Of a DNA stretch of 64,000 nucleotides, positions 1-11,600 are shown piece after piece (position 1 is the stretch's first letter; each line of letters opens with the position of its first letter). The notes beneath the pieces were generated by a model. The model did not search any database, was not told the origin of the DNA, and saw nothing but the letters and a program-made list of their open reading frames with translations. The stretch comes from Macrostomum lignano (taxonomy: Eukaryota), in assembly GCA_002269645.1 (NCBI GenBank), contig NIVC01000384.1, positions 434,001-498,000 of the forward strand, written 5' to 3'. The position numbers were made by a program, and so were the translations under genes.

Positions 1-1138
1 TGTACTGAACATACCTGCCGGGCATGGAATCGGCTTCTCCGTCGTGGTGGGACAGTAATAGCCCTCCCGGACAGATCTGACAGCTGCTTTGTCCAGGGTC
101 GGGTTGGTATTTACCTGTTTCGCATGGCTTGCAGGTTCCAGCGGCAGTATCCAGATAAGTTCCTGGAGAACAGACCACAGGAGGTGGCACAGGAGTGAGG
201 CATTGTCCCTCGGAGCATCTGACACAGCTGATCCTCTCGCTCGGTGAAGAAGAGCTGGTGAATCCCGGTGGACAGGGCACGGGCAAGTTCTCCTTTTGAG
301 GGCAATAGTGACGGCTCGGGCACAGCACACAGCGGGTTTGTTCCGCTCTACTTTGGTAGTAGCCAGCTTCACAGCTTCTGCAGTTCACAAGATATTGTGT
401 GTACCTGTAGTAACCATTTTGGTAGCCTGGAGGGCAGGAAATCGAAACATTTTTTGGAGCAGGACATTCGCGACCTTCCGGACAAAGAAGACACTTGCTC
501 TGACCGATCTTGTCTTGGTAATAGCCATCAGAACACGTTGCACAGTTCACTCTGTCGTTCGTATGATATCTGCTGACAGTTCCCGCAGGACAGGGTATGG
601 CTCTATTCTTCGGAGCCGGGCAGTGTCTTCCCAGAGGACAAGGAAGACACTGTCTCTGGCCAGGCTTGTCTTGGTAGTAGCCATTGGAGCAACTAGCACA
701 GTTGATTCGATATTCAATGAATCCGTTGTAGCTCTGCATACCTGGCGGACACGGAATCGCTCTAGTTTTTGGAGCTGGACACTTGTGTCCATCAGGACAC
801 TTGTGGCAGTATTTCTGACCAGGCTTATCTTGGTAGTAGCCATCGGAGCAAGTCCGACAAGCCTGGAATTGTTTACTCCAATATTGGCCCGGTTTGCATG
901 GCGTCACCTCAGCGGCTTCACCTAAGAATGCTTCTAGGAGTAACAAGGCACCAAATATTTCTATTAGATTGGACACAGCCATTGTCTCTTACTCTGTCAG
1001 AAATGCTTGACTCCATGCAAAAAGACCTTATCTATATATACGCATATATATACTTGTTGCAGACAAGAAAACAGGTCTAGTGGAAAGACAGCCGGATGCA
1101 ATTGCGCAGAAGATAAGCACTTCAATCAAGCTAGTCAT
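1..1138 (-). CDS. Secreted cysteine-rich repeat protein (GCC2/GCC3, ephrin-receptor-like Cys repeats); 5' part of gene, continues beyond window start
   Basis: My translation of the minus strand: exon 1138-1054 (MTSLIEVLIFCAIASGCLSTRPVFLSAT, signal-peptide-like, phase-1 GT donor) joins exon 921-1. That exon repeats C-x-x-GYYQDKxGQxxCxxCPxGxxCPAP..IPCPxG about 5 times. It is absent from the ORF track because the frame runs off the edge. One extra G at ~62-70 shifts the frame. Confidence 0.75.
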
Positions 1139-1683
1139 GTAGCGAAACAAACGTGGAAACTCAGCATCTGGTGGTTAAAACGAGCAGGATATAGAACGAA
1201 TCAAAAAAGCACGTTCGAGATCGTGATGTCCACTAGTGCAGAGCAGCTGTTCTAAGAAAACAAAAGAGGAGATAACGCAATAAAAAAAACTGGCTTTACA
1301 CTTCCCTCAGCATTTTATGACTCATAAAAAACAAATGGGCAAAAGAAGAGCAACAGCAAATAGTAGTATATTCTGAGTCTGCTTCTCATCTGCTTTAAAA
1401 TTCGTAAGCTGATCACCTCATCATCATTGGAATCATCATTTCGGTGTCTATTTCGCTCTTAAATAGGATTCATTTGAATAAAAGCTTTAGTACCTCATTG
1501 GTTTAAATATTCTGTATATCCTAAATGCAGGTAGTACCATCTCAATTGTGAGCAGACACAGAAGGACGCAGAACAATGGAGAGCAATGAAGTTGATCAGT
1601 AGCTCGATTGGCAGTTCATTACAGTTGGTGTGATGGGTGCCCAGTCAAACCCATCTGCCGAAATTTTCTCATTGTGGGCTTGC

Positions 1684-2110
1684 TCAACTTTTTGAAGGTG
1701 ACCGCAGGCGCTTTTCTCCATGAACGGCAAAGTCAACTCCAAATAAGACTTCGTCCATCACTGCTCCACCAGCGACGCCTCCAGCAACGGCCCCCACTGG
1801 CCCACCAACAATAAAACTACCAACGCCGCCGTTCACAACACCGACAGTTTGCGATGACGACTTCATTGCGTTGGGCACCGCCGTCTTTGTCGCCACACAT
1901 ATAATGGATGCCTGCCGCCTTTCACATGACCGACAACTGGAATGGTGTCGACGGCATTGGATACGACTTTCACAGCTGAGATTCTCTCGCATACTCGGTG
2001 TTGCCAGCGATGGCTGCCCCGGCTGCGCCTATTTGGGACACAATCGGACACCCTTTGGCAAAGTTCTTTTGAGTTTCCAGCGCTCCATCGGTGTCGCCTG
2101 CTGTGGCTTG
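1684..2110 (-). pseudogene. Frameshifted glycine-zipper-type small protein gene
   Basis: Three consecutive frames give NAVDTIPVVGHVKGG / IHYMCGDKDGG / NAMKSSSQTVGVVNGGVGSFIVGGPVGAVAGGVAGGAVMD. This is a continuous GxxxG-rich motif broken by two frameshifts near 1915 and 1880. Family recognised from memory only. Confidence 0.5.
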
Positions 2111-2959
2111 AACCGCACTTTTCGCTTGAAAAATTACCGGTCGCTGTTGCCCATCTCAAGAACAGAGACTACTGAAAATTGAAGGCGATCTATTTAATTT
2201 AGCCCAGGTTTCTGGTGAAGCCTAGGGCACTTTTAGTAACCTGTGAGTTGTTATTTTTTGCTAGAAAATAATTCTGGCAACTGACCTCCGGCTTACACAC
2301 AATTCACTGGAATCTCGAAACGCAATGACAAGCGCTGGTTGCTTGATTTGTCATTTTTTACAGCCTGTGTAGTGTACCTGTGTGTGTGTGCTTTCCTATA
2401 CCAAAATTTACCCTCTTTCACCATGCAGTGTTTTCATTTTTCATCGGCCACTTTGGATAGCAGATCCCCCTATAAGTGTAGCGCCAAACTCCCGCTCGCG
2501 TTTTCCTGTTGCTGCTTCCATGGCAACCGCATGAAACCTGAGTAGAGCTCATGCAAGTTTAGAGAATCGCCTATTAGCCGTATTACTGGTCGGCTGCCTG
2601 AAATTTTCATGCCCCCGTTTGCCAAAACCGGGAACCTCTCGTGTGTTTTCCCAGCAGCCAATTCTCTCCGTTTGAGACCGCGCTGCTCTTCCTGTCAGCC
2701 AGTCTTGTTGCTGCTGTTGCTCCAAGAAGCAGTGTGTTTGTGTTCCACTCTTACCTTTTCTCTCAGCCTCATAGTCCGTCAGTTTTCTGATATTTAGCTC
2801 GTAGCAAGGGCTGTACCGCTCCCATTGTAGCCTGCAATAGAGGGTGGGCGACAACATGGCACTGCAGTTTGCCGCTCCTTATGGCCATGGTAAGAAATTT
2901 TGAAAATTATAACATTTACGCCGTACATCAACTCAGTCAGTTGGTTATTATTTAGCTAG

Positions 2960-3321
<362 letters not shown>

Positions 3322-3524
3322 GCTAAGTTTCTTAACAATGCACGCTTACCTCAGCATTAAACAGTCATAGGAGCCTTTTAATTTTTCTAGGAAACGAAGT
3401 CTGCCGTCCTTTTACATGTATTGCTTTTTGCGGCTATTAAAATTTTTCATTCTCTAAATGATCTATCGTCTAAATACTTCGTGCTGGCAAGTACGAGCTT
3501 ACTACTGCTATTGTTAGGAAACTT

Positions 3525-3527
3525 AGC

Positions 3528-3558
<31 letters not shown>

Positions 3559-3569
3559 ATACTAACTAG

Positions 3570-3622
<53 letters not shown>
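3525..3622. repeat. (CTAA)n microsatellite, inverted partner of the TTAG array
   Basis: About 95 bp of CTAA units, preceded by ATTGTTAGGAAACTTAGCAA. This is the reverse complement (1 mismatch) of TTGCTAAGTTTCTTAACAAT, which follows the TTAG array. Confidence 0.95.
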
Positions 3623-4766
3623 ACATGCTTGACGAGAAACTTATTTAGTATCAAGTTATAGATTGTCATGCGGGTGGTGTGACACAGATCAACCGTGTCT
3701 AGATACACTCGTAGCCGCAGAATGAGGAATGATAGTGCATCTGGTACTCCGAGGGGGGTTAAGATGGCTAGTCTATATAACTAAATCATTACTAAACTAA
3801 ACTGATAAAGATTTCACTCCGAATTCACCTTTAAATGAATATATGTCTCCTAAAAATGTTCTCCAACTGACGAGCGACGGAAAAGTTGTTTGAAAACAGA
3901 AAAAATTCCCACTAAATTATAGCTTGTAGAAAAATAAAACTGAGAAAAAAACTGAACTTTCTGAGAAGGTTAGAGTATGGATGCAATTTCCCATAAAATT
4001 GCAGCAAAAGTTAAGGATTCTGAGCAGGCGATAATGGCCTCAACAGATCTCTATCATTTGTTCTCATGGGAGAGAGCTCGCTACCACTTGTTGTAATGTC
4101 TACACTGCATCGTTTTAGCACTGCCACTATCCAAAGATAGGATATAAAAAAACAGTTTGCATAGCATGTCTAGCCGTGGCTGGGCGGGCTTCGAAAATTG
4201 GCATTTGACAAACTTCAAACCGCCTCTGCTTCGCTTTAAATTGTTCTAATGAATGATTGGCAGACATTTGCCTGACTGAGGCTTTTATCAGCATTGGATT
4301 CTGCTGGTACACTTTTGTGATTTCATATCTTTTCTGTTGCTTTCAGTCTACAAAGGACGGAGTATTTCCAGGTGAGTATCACAGCTGCCGTCGGATGCGT
4401 CCTTATGAATATCTCTCTCTACGAAAACCAGTGTAAAAAAACTTTTTTTAAAAATTAACGATCTGCATTTTAGCCAATCACTGAACAGGTAATTATGGCT
4501 GCAGATTGCACAATTGATGGAACCAAACCGGAAATTCAGACCTGAAATGGCATAAAAAATGTTTATGCGTTTAGCAATATACAATCTAATTAAATCTGTG
4601 TTTTTGTTGGACACTTGCTCTTTGCAGTATTCTCTATAATGCTATACCAATGCTTGTCTGTTTAATGCATAGCGTTTTCGAGTTGTAGCGACCTGTGCCT
4701 TCTACGTACGGGTGCTTCTTATCCATGGAGATTTCGGCAGTGGACTAAAATTTTATTACTAACGTC

Positions 4767-5209
4767 CACAGATACTAGAATAACTAAATGGGCCACTCAG
4801 CACATTTGCGTGTAAGCTACTTTCAGTTCAGTAGTAAGTTAAACTGAAGCATTTTAATGTATTTTTAAAGCCAAGGCTCATTTATTGCCTCTTACCCTCC
4901 AATTAAACCCTCCAACCGCGCCTTTCCACACTACCCCGCCCGTCCCAATTTTATTGCCTTTCTCGGAATTCCAGCCTAAAGCGGCCATGTACATTTCAGT
5001 GGACTGGCTAATGTACATTACTGCTGAACCAATTAGCAAGTTGTTTACGCCTGCAAGGTTGTGTGGGCTTCTAAACTTATCAAAGTCATTTCAGCAGCCT
5101 TTTTTATAAAATAGCTTATGCATTCCTTGCTACGGAGCTGAAAGTAGAAAGCTGTTTTGCTAAGTATATATATGCCTGAGTGGCCTATCTAGTTATTTTA
5201 GTATCTGTG
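4767..5209. mobile_element. MITE (~440 bp) with ~35-bp imperfect TIRs, copy 1
   Basis: Left end is CACAGATACTAGAATAACTAAATGGGCCACTCAG; right end is CTGAGTGGCCTATCTAGTTATTTTAGTATCTGTG. A homologous copy lies in opposite orientation at ~19220-19652. No TSD resolved. Confidence 0.75.
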
Positions 5210-5601
5210 CTACTACTAACTCATATATCATTTAACTCGATATCAGCTGATACTGCTAAACAATATTTATATATACTTGACCTGAGTCTTCTTGCATAAA
5301 ATTAAAAAGTTTTTTCGTGCTTTTTGGAAGAAAGATTAACATCGTGTTTTGAAAATCCAACCATGAAAATTTTTATTGATTCTTACGCCATATTTCAGGA
5401 AAGTAATTTCTTGTAAATTTGCTCTCAAGTTGCTTTGAAAGCAGATACATTATGTGCAGAAACTCAGGGTCAGTCTCAGGGTCAAGTGCATATCTCCGGC
5501 GTTTCTTTGCTCTATCCTTGTTAAACTAGACAAACCGTTTACTCGTAAAATCGATTCTATTATAAAATTGCGCCTAAACTGGACGTCCCCGCAGACGTCT
5601 C

Positions 5602-8600
5602 ATGGAGCTGGGACCTCGGCCTCGACCGCAGACGAAGAGCCTCTGGAAGGTGTCAATCAGTGGCACAGCGCCGCCAGGTATTTTTTAGTCCGAAAAACGG
5701 ATTACAATTAAACAAATTAAGTTTCTGATCCCACTGAGGCACTCCCTCCCCCAAACTCGGCAGTGACCTTGAAGAGGGGCGGCCTGGTACCAGCGATAGG
5801 ACGCGCGGCGCAGGCTCAGCAGCCGCAGCAGGACGTGATGATTCTGATGTCGAGCGGTCAGGAGCTCGAGTTCCGCCTGGCGCCCGAGCTGTCGCAGTCG
5901 CTAAAGCCCGGCCAGCTGCCTGACGAGGACGGAGCCGTCAGCAGCACCGGCCCGCGAGCGAAGCGACGCGCCCCAGCTCAGCGGTCGCAGAAGCCGCCAC
6001 AACAGGTCACCGTTGGAGTTGTGCAACTCGGCGATGTCTATGAGTTGCCGCCGGCCGCAGCCCCTGTTTCCACATCAGTGCAGAGCTTCTCAAAGACGCT
6101 GAGCTCGATGTCACCTGGCCAGGCCGTGGAGGAGTTCTCTTTGGGTCGAATATACCCAGGAGCTCTCGGGGCGCCCAGAGCCGGGCGCATGCAGCTCGTG
6201 GGTCAGCTGCAGCCCATCGCTGAGCCGGACGAGGAACCGAAGCAGCAGGCAAAGTTTCCCGGTCTGCCAGAGTCCAGGCATCCCCGTAGGCAGCCGAAGT
6301 TTATGCAGCAGTTGCAGCAGCAACAACAACAGCAACAGCAGCAACTAAAACAGAGTTGTCAATTATCGCAGCCGAAGCAACAGCAGTTTAGCTTCGGTCA
6401 ACTACCTGAAGCCAAGCAGGTTTCGAGGCTTCCTCAGCATCTTCAGCAGCTGCAGCAGCATCAGGAGACTCTTCAAGGCCAGTCGGAATTGAATCTGAGA
6501 CGCGGAGCGTTCCCTGTCTTGCCACCGACAAAACAGAAGAAATTGACTGGGCCAAAACCAGAAGGTGAGTCGCAACATCAGAAGAGTGTTCAACAAGGAA
6601 CAGAGTTGCGGAATTCTTTGTTAGAGCCGCTGCTGCAGCAGCAGCCTCAGTCAGAGCAGCAGCCACTCCAGCAGCAACTGCTCCAACAACTGCTCAACCA
6701 GCAGCAGCCTCAGTCAGAGCAACAGCAGCAAATGATCCAACAACTGCTCAACCAGCAGCAGCCTCAGTCAGAGCAACAGCAGCAAATGCTCCAACAACTG
6801 CTCAACCAGCAGCAGCCTCAGTCAGAGCAACAGCAGCAAATGCTCCAACAACTGCTCAACCAGCAGCAACAACTGCCTCAGTCAGAGCAGCAGCCACTCC
6901 AGCAGCAACTGCTCCAACAACTGCTCAACCAGCAGCAGCCTCAGTCAGAGCAGCAGCAGCAACTGCTCCAACAACTGCTCAACCAGCAGCAGCCTCAGTC
7001 AGAGCAGCAGCAGCAACTGCTCCAACAACTGCTCAACCAGCAGCAGCCTCAGTCAGAGCAACAGCAGCAACTGCTCCAACAACTGCTCAATCAGCAGCAG
7101 CCTCAGTCAGAGCAGCAGCCACTCCAGCAGCAAATGCTCCAACAACTGCTCAACCAGCAGCAACAACTGCCTCAGTCAGAGCAGCAGCCACTCCAGCAGC
7201 AACTGCTCCAACAACTGCTCAACCAGCAGCAGCCTCAGTCAGAGCAGCAGCAGCAACTGCTCCAACAACTGCTCAACCAGCAGCAGCCTCAGTCAGAGCA
7301 GCAGCAGCAACTGCTCCAACAACTGCTCAACCAGCAGCAGCCTCAGTCAGAGCAACAGCAGCAACTGCTCCAACAACTGCTCAATAAGCAGCAGCCTCAG
7401 TCAGAGCAGCAACAGCAGGATGTACTCGCTCAGTTGCAGCAGCAGCAGCAGGACCGCCAACTAGCGGAACGCGAGCAGTCAGAGCAACTTTCGTTTCAGA
7501 ATCAATCTCAGCTAGATGAGCAGGAGCAGCAGCATAAGTCTCAGTCAGAGCAGGAGCAGCATGCTGGTGAAGCGACAGATTCAACTATTGACGATGCTGA
7601 CAAGACACCGACATCGAAGACGCCAGTGGAGACAGACTCAGACAAAGAATCGGACAAAGACTCAGAAGAAAGCGAAGCTGCGATGCCGCTTGACGATGGC
7701 GAGGATCTGGGAGACGAGGAGGAAGAGCTCGAGGCGGTCGACGAGATCGACGTTGAAGAGGACGAGGAGGACGACGACCTGCCGGAGCTCGAGCTGCTGA
7801 CCGGACCGCTGAGCCTGGGCCGCCACCCAACCGTTGACGCGGTGTTCAGAGGCTCTCTGGACGATCTGCCAGCGATGCCAAGTAAAATTGTGCGAATTTT
7901 CACCAGCTCAACGTTTACGGGTGAGTTTTGGTTGAGAATTGGGGAACGTCATCCCATCAAAATATCTTGGCTCCGTAGACCTCGTGATCCTACGCTGTTT
8001 GATGTTTAATGCAGACACCGGAGTGGAGCGCAACTCTCTGATGGAAAGGGTCTATCCGAAAATCAAGGAATACTGCCGGGAGAAGCACGGGCTGGAATTT
8101 CAGGTAGGACTGAAATATTTATCGATTTCTGGTAGGTCAACTGTCTATGGCAGTGAACGAGGCATAGAAAGCACAGACAGAATGCCCACATATAGAACGC
8201 ACCTAGACAGTAAGCACATAGAAAGAATAACAGGGACAGAATACACATGGACAAAATACACATGGTGGACAGAATACACATGGACAGAATACTACGTAAT
8301 GTGCAGATTGTTGTTGATTTTGGAGGTGAGGTGGGTGTCAGAGCCAATGCAAATTCAACGCCTATCTAAATACATTAGACCGATTCTAATTGGTCCAGAG
8401 TCATTATGTGAGACATTTATACTCTCATGTAAAATCTATACATGTAATCAGTGTACACTGTGTCGTACAGCAGCGACGACCAGTACAATATAGTACGCAT
8501 AATTAGCGCTTCACCGTAGCAGTTGTACGCAGAAACGCGCGCGCCCCCAGCCCCGCACAATGCAGCATTGGTGTACGCAGAATTAACTGTCCATATTAAC

Positions 8601-11600
8601 TGTCCATATACCAAAAATTGGCAGAATTAGAGCGCCCACCCACCCCATAACTGTCCATATTATTACTTGTCCATATTTACTGTCCATCCCAAAATTGGTG
8701 TACGCGCAGAATTGTAGCGCCCGCCCACCCCATAACTGTCCATATTATTACTTGTCCATATTTACTGTCCATATATACACCCAAAATTGGTGTACGCACA
8801 GAATTGTCTGTGACCCCCACAAAATTGGCGGCCCCACGCGGAGGCATGATGAGTCAGTCAGCCAGTAAATCGCCGCTGTCCACCCCTCTGCCCTGCGCTG
8901 GCCGCTATAGCTACCTGCAGCAGTGTTACGCAACAACCCGGTCGAGCCAAAATGCTAACTTTATAGCCAGACACGTCATCAAGGTCTGAAAACACAAACT
9001 TCTATGCATGAAATATTCTCGTTTAACAAGATGCCAAACCAATTTTGTTCAGACAGCAAACTATAAATAAGAAAATTTGGATTCTCGGCCGTTTATCTAA
9101 ATTCACCAAGTTCAATTAACATCCCAATCGTGTGGAAAACGCAGTGTTTGACAAGCAATTTTTGGTTGCCAAAGCACAAGAGGATCAGACCGCCAAAGCA
9201 TGAACTGCCAACAACTTGGAGCAAGGAGCAAGGCCTCCAACGCCAGCACCGAAAATAGGTACAAAAGGCTCATTTTTTTCTGGAATCCTCGATAACGACA
9301 ACACCGTAAAAAGCTCGTTAACATGTAATTAAAACAAAAACTTATTGAGACTCTCGGGTATATAAGCACCAACCTGGAGCACCAAGCACCCGTACCTGCA
9401 AATTTTTGTCGGATTCTCGGCAGTTTTTCAAGCTCGAATAACATCCCCACCACTAGTGCGAACAACGCAGCAAGTGCTTGACAAGAAATGAGCTGGATTT
9501 CCAGAGACTACCCCCTATTATCGAACGAGGAAAAAGACGAATATGAGGCCTTGAAAAAATATGCTGACTGGTTGTGCATTTGCCACAGCAAACCGATTTC
9601 CGAGCGATTAGTCACCTTCAATGCCAAGGTCGAGGAAATTGATCAAGGCCCCTACGACAGCCAAGACTACGCAGCAGCCAGGATAAATGAGCAACTACGG
9701 GACAAAATGAGATTCAAAGCTGATTTAGCACGAATGGAGAGACTACTGGCTCCGATACTAAGTGAAGAGCATCGCCAAAAAATACGTTTTCGGAACCATC
9801 AAGATCTGTATAATCCGTCGTGGGAGGAGCAACAAAAGATTTGGAATTTTTGGCTGCCAAAGCACAAGAGGAACAGGCCGCCAAAGCTTGAACTACCATC
9901 AACTTGGAGCAAGGATTTCAGCACACCCCCAACGCCAGCACCCGAAAATAGGAACAAAAGGTTCATTTTTTCCGGAATCCCGATAACGACAACTCTGTAA
10001 AAAGCTCGTTATCGTGTAATTAAAACAAAAACTTATTGAGACTCTCGGGTATATAAGCACCAGCCCGGAGCATCTGCAAGCGCCCGTACCTGCAAATTTT
10101 TCTAAACAGACAAGAGACATGGAGACAGTGCAAGACTTCAACTGCGTCAAGCGAGAGCTGCTGGCACTCAAACCGCGAGGTCCGAGCTTCAACGGGGTTG
10201 AAACGTTTGACATTGAATATGACGAACAGGGACCTCTCTACTTGGCCAATGCGGTCCCTGTTTTGATCGTCAAGGGCGTGCGTACTGACAACGAAGGTCG
10301 CGAATTCATCATCATTGCACAAAAACACATTGAAAGCTGCATACCCTACACTTTCAACACTGTGGCGGAGCACCTTTCCAGCGAAAGTCTAGCTCTGCTG
10401 GGCTACAACCCAGCGTTTGGAGGTGACAGTGCAGCGTTTGGGCTGGCTCACGACTTTAAAATGTACGACCAAAACGGACTGCCTGTAGAGGATTACAAAA
10501 ACAAGAGCGGCTACTACAGGATTCTGTTTACTCTCGACACGGCCGTGATTCGAGACGCTGTTTTGACCGCAATGCCAAAAATTCAACAGCTACAGTTTGT
10601 CGAAGAAGCCAAACAGGCATTCGATCGTTGCTATTGGACGCCACCTCCAAAAATCAAGGTAGGCGCCAAGAAAGTAAGCAAGAAAGCAAAGAAACCACCA
10701 AAGCTTGTCAAGGAGAAGCAGCCAAAGGTGCCTAAAAATCAGGCCAGAAAGCGACAGCATCAATCGAAACTAGTAGCAGCCAACGAATCAAAGAAGCGGT
10801 CGAAAGCCCCAAGAAGGATACGAAAGTAAAAACTGCCGAAAAATCTACTTGCAGAACGTCGAGTGTGTGAACCGAGTGTTTTGCGCGAAATGGAGCCGCA
10901 TGCCTGACTTGGACTGGGCGAGCGCACGGACATTTCGCAGACCAAGAGCTCTTATCAATTTGCGAATAGGAAAATGTACAATCAACTTTTTTCAGCGTTC
11001 TTTGTCTGCAATTGTATTCGGTTGTCGCTCCATCAACCAAGTTTTGCGTCTTTTTCCTCAATGTAAACCAATTTCTGTTGTTGTTACCACTAGTACTTAC
11101 CGCGCTGAAGTAGACAGATGGCCAAACTTTTTCCAAATTGCATACCTCGGGTCCAGCTGGGTGAAGTGGGAGTGTGAAGTTTTCAATGGAATAGTAATAA
11201 AGTCTCCATTTCGCAATGCTAAATGTTTATTATGCGGAAAGAATGGCCGCCTTGTTTTCCTTGGAATACGAAACTTTAAAGAGCTCTGTCAAATGTACGA
11301 TCATGTGACTAGCGTTTTGCATGTCTAATCCATGTAGCTGTTGCGTAACTTTACTGCTTTACCACTGTACCGAATTTGTATGTACGTACAAGCTGCTATG
11401 AAATTGTCTATAAATATATTGTGCATAAATTGCAGTGCACTGCAACCAACATGACAAACGGAATCTCCAGACTATGTTCTTGTCGCGGCGAGCTCGCAGA
11501 GCTCGCCAAAGCCCGTCCCACTCTTCGGCGGGCCATTATTCGAGGTGCAGGCAAGGAACTGATTCATTGTCTCTGTGAATTGAGTCACAACGTGCTCCGG

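Noticed and set aside
4020-4620. Possible decayed hAT transposase dimerisation-domain fragment on the minus strand
   Set aside because: Only a faint resemblance (ITTSGSELS, RSVEAII) across different frames with stops; not supportable without an HMM.
7939-8493. 184-aa ORF and its mirror at 18174..18809
   Set aside because: Chimeras of a host exon, minisatellite and TIR sequence; not real genes.
8880-11370. Hidden or degraded protein-primed DNA polymerase B
   Set aside because: No exonuclease or polymerase motifs (e.g. YCxxD, KxxxNSxYG, YxDTDS) were seen in the listed ORFs, and the space is occupied by short + strand genes.
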